The notes below the pieces were generated by a model. It did not search any database. It saw only the letters and a program-made list of their open reading frames with translations, and was not told the DNA's origin. Below are positions 56,507-62,165 of a stretch of 62,165 nt of DNA, piece after piece. The position numbers and the translations under genes were made by a program. The stretch is from Clostridia bacterium (GTDB lineage Bacteria > Bacillota > Clostridia > Christensenellales > Borkfalkiaceae). How positions within the stretch are numbered: the stretch's first letter is position 1; the number at the start of each line of letters is the position of its first letter. Location: positions 1 through 62,165 of the forward strand of contig JAFUIT010000046.1 in the NCBI GenBank assembly GCA_017468345.1. Direction: 5' to 3'.

Positions 56507-57383
56507 TTTTCCCCACGATATCCGAAAGGTTGGCTTGGATCGCCGCCGCCACGTCGGGTTTGTTCATCGAATACACGTGCACGTTCGTCACGCCGTTTGC
56601 AAACAAGTCGATGATCTGATCGGTCGCATACGCAATACCCGCCTGTTTCATCGCGGCGGGATCGTCCCCGAATTTATCCACCAGCGTCTTAAAACGCTGG
56701 GGCATAAACGAACCGGAAAGGGTAATCGCGCGCTCCACTTGTTTTGCGTTGGTGATGGGCATAATCCCCGCCACAACGGGAACGTTGATCCCCTCTTGAC
56801 GGATTTTATAGAGGAAATTATACAACAAATTGTTGTCGAAAAACATTTGTGTCGTCAAAAAGTCGCACCCTGCGTCCACTTTTTCTTTGAGGTGTAAAAT
56901 ATCCTCACGCTGGTTTGCGCTTTCGGGATGTACTTCGGGATAGCACGCGCCGCCGATGCAAAAATCCGCGCCGCTTGCCTTGATATCCGCGATCAAATCG
57001 ACCGCATGGCGGTAATGCCAACCCGAACGGTCGGCGTTCAGCATATTTTGCGGAATATCCCCGCGGAGCGCCATGACGTTTTCAATGCCCGCCTCTTTGA
57101 AATCGGCAATACGCGCCTGCACCGTTTCGCGCGTCGACGAAACGCAAGTCAAATGCGCCAAGGAAGGCACGCCGTATTCGCTCTTGATATTTTTAGCGAT
57201 ATCAAGAGTATATTTGCTCGTACCGCCGCCCGCGCCGTACGTTACGCTCATGAACGCAGGCGAAAGTCGCGCGATCTCCTCCGTCGCGTGTTTCACGCTG
57301 TCGTAAACGTCGTCCGTTTTCGGGGGAAACACCTCGAAGGACAACGAAAAGCGGTTTCGTTTGAAAATTTCGGTCAGTTTCAT
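56499..57383 (-). CDS. metF: methylenetetrahydrofolate reductase
   Basis: SLSFEVFPPKT and overall MetF length. Confidence 0.9.
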   Translation of the reverse strand: MKLTEIFKRNRFSLSFEVFPPKTDDVYDSVKHATEEIARLSPAFMSVTYGAGGGTSKYTLDIAKNIKSEYGVPSLAHLTCVSSTRETVQARIADFKEAGIENVMALRGDIPQNMLNADRSGWHYRHAVDLIADIKASGADFCIGGACYPEVHPESANQREDILHLKEKVDAGCDFLTTQMFFDNNLLYNFLYKIRQEGINVPVVAGIMPITNAKQVERAITLSGSFMPQRFKTLVDKFGDDPAAMKQAGIAYATDQIIDLFANGVTNVHVYSMNKPDVAAAIQANLSDIVGKNA

Positions 57384-57438
57384 ATTTTTCCTGTCCTCTT
57401 TTCCCCTTTGGGGAAAACTTTTTTTAAAAACATTTTCT

Positions 57439-57467
57439 ATTATAATACAAACGATAAATTATTTCAA
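57439..57467 (-). promoter_or_regulatory. metF-metH operon promoter
   Basis: Minus strand reads TTGAAA, 17 nt, TATAAT. Confidence 0.6.
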
Positions 57468-57511
57468 CGATTTTTCACGCCCGATCACCGCTTTTTTACA
57501 AAAATATCCCC

Positions 57512-57540
57512 TTGACAAAGGGAAAAATAGCGGTTATAAT
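57512..57540 (+). promoter_or_regulatory. trmO promoter (near-leaderless geometry)
   Basis: TTGACA, 17 nt, TATAAT. The -10 ends 9 nt before ATG 57550. Confidence 0.6.
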
Positions 57541-57549
57541 AATTTCGTT

Positions 57550-58236
57550 ATGAAAAATTCGTTTACCGTGAAACCGATCGCTTATATTCATACCGATTTT
57601 AAGGAAAAATTCGGTATTCCCCGTCAAAGCGGCAGAGCGCCCTCGTTGACGGCAAAAATTATTTTCACCCCCGAATACCGCAACGCGGACGCGTTACGGG
57701 AAATCGAGGGATTTTCCCATCTTTGGCTGTTGTTCGATTTTTCCTTGGCGCATAAAGAGGAATGGTCGCCGACCGTCCGTCCCCCTCGCCTTGGCGGAAA
57801 CAAGCGGGTAGGCGTGTTTGCCAGCCGTTCCCCCTTCCGCCCCAACCCCATCGGGCTTTCGTGTGTGAAACTTATCAAGGTCGAACAAACGGACGCGGAC
57901 GGCGCAGTTTTGATCGTATCGGGCGCGGATCTTTTGGACGGAACGCCCATTTTGGATATCAAGCCTTATCTGCCGTTTGCCGATTGCATCGCGGACGCTA
58001 CGGCAGGCTACGCAGGACAACACGAAAAGGACGGCGTAGAAGTCCATTTTCCTCAAGCTTTGCTTGAAAAAATCCCCGAAGAAAAACGGAAGGGACTGAT
58101 CGATTGCTTAAAGGACGACCCCCGCCCTTCCTATCAGGACGAGGGTCGAAGTTACGGCATGCGCTTTGCTGATTTTGAAATTAAATTCACCGTCGAAAAA
58201 GGCGTTTTGACGGTGACGGACATAGATAATAGATAA
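57550..58236 (+). CDS. trmO: tRNA (t6A37-N6)-methyltransferase TrmO/TsaA
   Basis: KPIAYIHTDFKEKFGIPRQSG and RPNPIGLS motifs. The track ORF from 57361 is an upstream artefact. Confidence 0.85.
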   Translation: MKNSFTVKPIAYIHTDFKEKFGIPRQSGRAPSLTAKIIFTPEYRNADALREIEGFSHLWLLFDFSLAHKEEWSPTVRPPRLGGNKRVGVFASRSPFRPNPIGLSCVKLIKVEQTDADGAVLIVSGADLLDGTPILDIKPYLPFADCIADATAGYAGQHEKDGVEVHFPQALLEKIPEEKRKGLIDCLKDDPRPSYQDEGRSYGMRFADFEIKFTVEKGVLTVTDIDNR

Positions 58237-58240
58237 ACAA

Positions 58241-58277
58241 AAGGTTTCCTCTTGATTGAGGAAACCCTTTATTTTTA
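58241..58277. terminator. bidirectional terminator
   Basis: AAGGTTTCCTC-loop-GAGGAAACCCTT followed by TATTTTTAT. Confidence 0.8.
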
Positions 58278-58295
58278 TAAAGCATATATTGCGAT

Positions 58296-59171
58296 TTATC
58301 TACATTTACCCTTATGGAAAACGGCAAGCGTCCCCGCGCCTGCGTGCGCGCCGATAACAGCCCCGATATAATGCACTTCGATCCGCACGTTGGGGAGCCG
58401 CGTGCGAATAAGATCGATGACGTGATTTACGTCCTCTTTACAATCCCCGTGACTGATGAAAATCGGATCGTTTTCCCCGATATCCATACTTTCAAACAAG
58501 TTCTCGACCACAGCGGCGAGGGCTTTTTTTCTGCCCATCGTCTTGCTGACCATCGTCAACTTCCCTTGATCGTCCACGCGCATAACGGGCTTGATTTTCA
58601 AAATCGACCCGATCACCGCCGTAGCGCCCGAAACTCTGCCGCCCCGCTTTAAATGAAACAAGCTGTCCACCGTAAAATGATGGCATATCCGCCGTTTCAA
58701 GTTGTCCGCATATTTCGCCGTTTCCTCCAACGACGCGCCCTCGTCCGCTTTCTTTACGACGTAATCCAACAGCAAGCCTTCCCCCATAGAGGCGCAAAGG
58801 GAATCCACTACCTTTATCTTGCGCCTTGGATAGCGTTTGGAAAGCTCTCGTACTGTCACTCGGAAACTGCCTGCCGTGCCCGAAAGTCCGGACGAAAAAC
58901 AAACGACCAACACGTCCCTGCCCTTTTGTAAACACGGCTCGATATATCCGCGGGCTTGTTCTGCCGTCACTTGGTAAGTAGTGGGCATTCCCCCTTCGCG
59001 CAGTTTATCGTAAAAAGCTTTCGGGGATATCTTTTCACCCTGCTCTCCCTCGTAATTGACGTTGTTCATCGTAAAACCCAACGGAACGCAAATCAATTCG
59101 TTCCGTTCGTAATATTCCTTGGGCATATCCGACGCACTGTCCGTCACAATATCAAATTTCCGTTTATTCAT
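58296..59171 (-). CDS. DegV family fatty-acid-binding protein (paralogue 3)
   Basis: IVTDSASDMP, HLKRGGRVS, GAVIGAHAGAGT. Start at MNKRKF, which follows GGAGGAAG. Confidence 0.85.
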   Translation of the reverse strand: MNKRKFDIVTDSASDMPKEYYERNELICVPLGFTMNNVNYEGEQGEKISPKAFYDKLREGGMPTTYQVTAEQARGYIEPCLQKGRDVLVVCFSSGLSGTAGSFRVTVRELSKRYPRRKIKVVDSLCASMGEGLLLDYVVKKADEGASLEETAKYADNLKRRICHHFTVDSLFHLKRGGRVSGATAVIGSILKIKPVMRVDDQGKLTMVSKTMGRKKALAAVVENLFESMDIGENDPIFISHGDCKEDVNHVIDLIRTRLPNVRIEVHYIGAVIGAHAGAGTLAVFHKGKCR

Positions 59172-59228
59172 TTCTTCCTCCTTTTCAGTAACCAAGTGCG
59201 ACCCAGTCGAACTCGAAAAGTTAAGTAT

Positions 59229-59465
59229 TTACTTAATCAGTACGTTAAATTTTTTAATTCGCTCCGCTTTAAAGGCGATATCTACGCTGTATACGCCGTT
59301 TTTGCAAGTCAATTCCATGCGCGGCAGCCCTACAAGGTCGAAATACTCGTTAAACTTTTCCGCAAAATCCTGCAATACAAGCGCTTTGCAAGCGTCGCTC
59401 ATCACCGATTTATCCGCCTGCAACACGTTGTTGACGCGGGTAAATTCCTCTTTCACTGTCTTCAT
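59229..59465 (-). CDS. small protein in the MinE position (divergent MinE-like; uncertain)
   Basis: 78 aa with an ATGA overlap with the minD stop. The C-half (LQDFAEKFNEYFDL..PRMELTCKNGVYSVDIAF) resembles the MinE topological-specificity domain in pattern only. There is no canonical N-terminal membrane-targeting sequence. Confidence 0.5.
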   Translation of the reverse strand: MKTVKEEFTRVNNVLQADKSVMSDACKALVLQDFAEKFNEYFDLVGLPRMELTCKNGVYSVDIAFKAERIKKFNVLIK

Positions 59466-60232
59466 AAATTCCTCTTTAACACTCTGCGGATATTCCCGAA
59501 AAATCCGCTGTATTTTTTCGTGACGTCATACCATTTTTTCCGCCCCGACAGCAGGTTGCCCGCAAGAGTACGAAACGCAGGGTGTATTTCCGTCAAGTCC
59601 CCGCTGTATATGTCGTATTCTTCGGGTAAAAGTCCGCATACGGGCGTTTTCAATAACTCCTCCACCTCCGTCGGCGTCAGACAATCCCCCGAAGTCAACA
59701 ATTCTCCGCGCACTTTATTCAGTACCACCGACAAACCGTTTAAATGGTAACTTTTGAGTGCGGTAATCACTTTATCGGCGTCGCGCAGCGCGGAAATATG
59801 CGGCGTCGTCACCACAAGCGCCTCGTCCGCCGTCGCCACCGCGCGGTGAAATCCGTCGTCCATACCCGCAGGGCAATCGATGAAGATAAAATCGAACTGC
59901 GGCGCGAGGTTTTCCAAAACCAGTTTAATCGACTGCGGCGACACGTACCGTTCAGGTGCGGAATGGCTGCTTGTCAAAACGTAGAGGTTAGGGTATTTTG
60001 GGTGCTTGACCAAGGCTTGCTTGGCGCGGCATCTACCCTCGATCACGTCCACGATATCGTATGTAACCAAATGCTCGACCCCCGCGCAAACGTCTACGTT
60101 ATTTAGTCCCAAATCGGCGTCGCACAAAATGACCCTTTGCCCCTTTTGCGCCAACCGCGCGGCAAGATGAACTGCGACGGTGGTTTTTCCAACGCCGCCT
60201 TTTCCACTTGTCACCACGATTTTTCTCGCCAT
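59462..60232 (-). CDS. minD: septum site-determining ATPase MinD
   Basis: Deviant Walker A SGKGGVGKTT, DCPAG, and the C-terminal amphipathic helix GFFGNIRRVLKR. Confidence 0.9.
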   Translation of the reverse strand: MARKIVVTSGKGGVGKTTVAVHLAARLAQKGQRVILCDADLGLNNVDVCAGVEHLVTYDIVDVIEGRCRAKQALVKHPKYPNLYVLTSSHSAPERYVSPQSIKLVLENLAPQFDFIFIDCPAGMDDGFHRAVATADEALVVTTPHISALRDADKVITALKSYHLNGLSVVLNKVRGELLTSGDCLTPTEVEELLKTPVCGLLPEEYDIYSGDLTEIHPAFRTLAGNLLSGRKKWYDVTKKYSGFFGNIRRVLKRNL

Positions 60233-60351
60233 TTTTCTCTCCTAACCGCCCTTTTTCAGGGCGGCACATTTTGCTCCATTATTCCCGTCTATTATAATGC
60301 GGTTTTGCGAAAATACTTTGTCGTTTTTGCGTTTTTTTTAAGAATTTTAGA

Positions 60352-60387
60352 CGAAAACAAGCGCGGGAGCAATTTTTGCTCCCGCGC
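60352..60387 (-). terminator. terminator after the LRR ORF
   Basis: GCGCGGGAGC-loop-GCTCCCGCGC followed by UUGUUUUCG on the minus strand. Confidence 0.7.
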
Positions 60388-60407
60388 CCTTTCCGTCGCT
60401 ATATTGA

Positions 60408-60974
60408 TTATGCTTTATAGTAATAATAGGTTCTATTTGTAAACGAAACAAAGGTCTCTGCATTGGCAGCTGCGTCCGTTACGTCCACTTCCGTGCCGCC
60501 CGTTTTCGCATTCCAATCGCTCACGTTCTTCGTCTTGTACCAACCCGTCGAATCGACAAACTCAATGCTTGTCAGCGTCATATAACTTACTTCCAACGCA
60601 CCCTTACCGATTTGCGTAACCGACGCGGGAATTATCAAAGTTTCCAAGGGACAATTCATAAACGCTTCATCCCCGATATACTCGACGGAGTCGCCGAGGG
60701 TCAGGCTAGTCAAACTGTTACAGTTATAAAACGCCTGCTTACCGATATAGGTTACCATATCAGGTACGATAAACATCTTCAAATTCGTGCTTCTAAATGC
60801 GGCTTCCCCAATCGTCTTTAACTGACTGTTTTCCCCAAAGGTTACGCTTCCCAAGCTCGAACAACTGTAAAACGCCCTGTTACCTATGCTCGTTACAGCC
60901 GCGGGAATGTCAATGCTCTTTAAATTGCTACAATCTGCGAACGCACCCGTTAAAGACCTCAACTGAACACCCAT
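60408..60974 (-). CDS. BspA-type leucine-rich-repeat protein fragment (probably 5'-truncated)
   Basis: Repeats of the form L.SI.IP..VT.IG..AF..C..L. There is no signal peptide or RBS, and the frame is closed by a TAA 11 codons upstream of the first Met. Confidence 0.5.
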   Translation of the reverse strand: MGVQLRSLTGAFADCSNLKSIDIPAAVTSIGNRAFYSCSSLGSVTFGENSQLKTIGEAAFRSTNLKMFIVPDMVTYIGKQAFYNCNSLTSLTLGDSVEYIGDEAFMNCPLETLIIPASVTQIGKGALEVSYMTLTSIEFVDSTGWYKTKNVSDWNAKTGGTEVDVTDAAANAETFVSFTNRTYYYYKA

Positions 60975-61328
60975 TGAAATTCTTGATATTCTTGCATCCT
61001 TGCACTCTTAGGATATTGAGAAGTAAAGAGAGATTGCCTACCTTATTCGAACTTTTGATTTCTCCAAAATTATTGCCTTGCGTTTGTGTCGTTGTATCAC
61101 AGATAAAAGCGAAAGTAAACGGGAAAAAATATGGCTTAAAACATTATATATACTTTCAAGAGTTAGGCTCGATTATGAGCTTAGCTCTTTTTTTATACTC
61201 ACGCAATATTTTTGTCCTCCCTCGTTGACTTTCGTGGGACGCTACATAAAACTGCAAAATTTGGGCTTTTCTCCGTGATACTTAGCCCCTGCCGCAAGGC
61301 TAATAATAATTTTGGAGGTATTCAAAAA

Positions 61329-61628
61329 ATGAAAAAAGTAGTTTATGGAGTTTCAAGGTATGTAAAAGGTGAAATTTCCAAATTAACAGGTATCGGTTAT
61401 ATAACTGATACAGACTTGGTAATTGCTTGTATGAGCAAGAAAGGTACACCGTATATTCGGGTATTTGAAGATTGCATCAAAGATTGCCACTCTATCCCTA
61501 ACAGAGATAAGGAATACAAAGGTGGCTATTACGAAATCCGTGAAGTTGAATTTGAACAAGAAAACGGTAGTAAAGAAACAAGAGAAATTACCATTGAATA
61601 CAACATTTGGTACAAACTTGCAGACTAA
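61329..61628 (+). CDS. hypothetical small protein
   Basis: 99 aa from MKKVVYG, which follows GGAGGT. The track ORF from 61212 is an upstream extension. Confidence 0.55.
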   Translation: MKKVVYGVSRYVKGEISKLTGIGYITDTDLVIACMSKKGTPYIRVFEDCIKDCHSIPNRDKEYKGGYYEIREVEFEQENGSKETREITIEYNIWYKLAD

Positions 61629-61648
61629 AAATAAGGAGTTAAATATAT

Positions 61649-61885
61649 ATGAAAAACAAATTTTACTTAAAAGAATTTCAATATCACGATGGTGAAAGCT
61701 TCGTTACGTTCAATATCTATGACCTTAACGAAAACAAAAAGACTATTACGGTAGCCATCACAAATCAAGGCAAAATAAGCCTTGTAGAGTATGACCTTCT
61801 TCAAGATGAGGAAGGTCTTTATTTTGAATATGGTGTAAATTATGCACGCATTAACGTAGATGACTTTGAGGAGGTGAACGACTAA
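61649..61885 (+). CDS. hypothetical small acidic protein
   Basis: 78 aa; AAGGAG RBS. Confidence 0.55.
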   Translation: MKNKFYLKEFQYHDGESFVTFNIYDLNENKKTITVAITNQGKISLVEYDLLQDEEGLYFEYGVNYARINVDDFEEVND

Positions 61886-61983
61886 TGGATAAGCCTATTT
61901 TTGACTTAGAAGAATTGCTTGAAGAAGCAAAAGACCGTATTGAAGAAAAAATCACTATCGAAGGAGGTAATTACGATGATTAG
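61885..61983 (+). CDS. possible 32-aa acidic peptide
   Basis: GAGGAGGTG RBS. TAATG overlap upstream and ATGATTAG overlap downstream. Below the ORF-track size cut-off. Confidence 0.35.
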   Translation: MDKPIFDLEELLEEAKDRIEEKITIEGGNYDD

Positions 61984-62165
61984 AAGCAACGATATTCAAA
62001 TAGTTATCGGATCTTGGGGTTCGTATAACGAATGCAACGAAAGAGCTTTAGGCTCTAAATGGATTTGTCTGAACAATTATGAAGATTGGGAAGAAATCGA
62101 AGAAGAACTTAAAGCACAGGGATTTGAGCTTGACGGTATTGATGAAGAGCTTTTCATACAAGACA
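61976..62165 (+). CDS. ardA: antirestriction protein ArdA-like, N-terminal part (runs off the window)
   Basis: Hand translation gives MIRSNDIQIVIGSWGSYNECNERALGSKWICLNNYEDWEEIEEELKAQGFELDGIDEELFIQD. It follows the ArdA N-domain pattern (I.V.I...G.YNEG...G.W......+EE+.E). AAGGAGG RBS. Confidence 0.6.
   Translation, partial: MIRSNDIQIVIGSWGSYNECNERALGSKWICLNNYEDWEEIEEELKAQGFELDGIDEELFIQD

Larger units (their letters stand above)
60975..62165. mobile_element. edge of a putative ICE / prophage / plasmid-derived element (continues beyond the window)
   Basis: Abrupt shift to AT-rich sequence. Short plus-strand ORFs with strong SDs and overlapping stops/starts (TAATG, ATGATTAG), ending in an ArdA-like gene. 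Confidence 0.5.

Noticed and set aside
61212-61328. Upstream extension of the 61329 ORF
   Set aside because: The alternative start has no RBS, while ATG 61329 is preceded by GGAGGT at proper spacing.

Overview
The window reads as a chromosomal segment from a Gram-positive, Clostridia-like bacterium. That taxon is an inference from gene content, AGGAGG-type ribosome binding sites and TTGACA/TATAAT promoters. All calls were made by eye from the sequence and ORF track. No BLAST, HMM or folding program was run, so regulatory-element coordinates are good to a few nt only.

I support about 62 protein genes, mostly core functions:
- pncB, lgt, a phosphohexomutase, tkt, tsaD, prfB, secA, asnA, metK, trmO and minD
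- a complete argGHCJBDF arginine operon, and metF plus a split metH
- fabK-fabZ and three DegV paralogues
- three solitary ECF-type S-components (FolT-like, CbrT-like, BioY)

I also support one tRNA-Ser(UGA), a THF riboswitch, a cobalamin riboswitch with tandem terminators, many near-consensus promoters and intrinsic terminators. The last ~1.2 kb is AT-rich and carries tightly packed small ORFs ending in an ArdA-like antirestriction gene, so it is probably the edge of an ICE, prophage or plasmid-derived element. I saw no CRISPR array, rRNA, transposase, integrase or recognisable multi-gene defence system.

The candidates most worth a second look are:
1. An atypical four-gene SigB-like partner-switching operon (17648-19439) with two short, motif-degenerate RsbW-like proteins and no PP2C phosphatase.
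2. A recurrent 18-20 nt motif (TTCAWCKCRYACCTGCC) that also brackets bioY as a direct repeat.
3. A 60-bp-period repeat inside the arg operon.
4. An AT-rich orphan membrane/coiled-coil gene next to the tRNA.
5. The mobile-element junction at the right edge.

None of these is proven novel; each needs database and structure searches.
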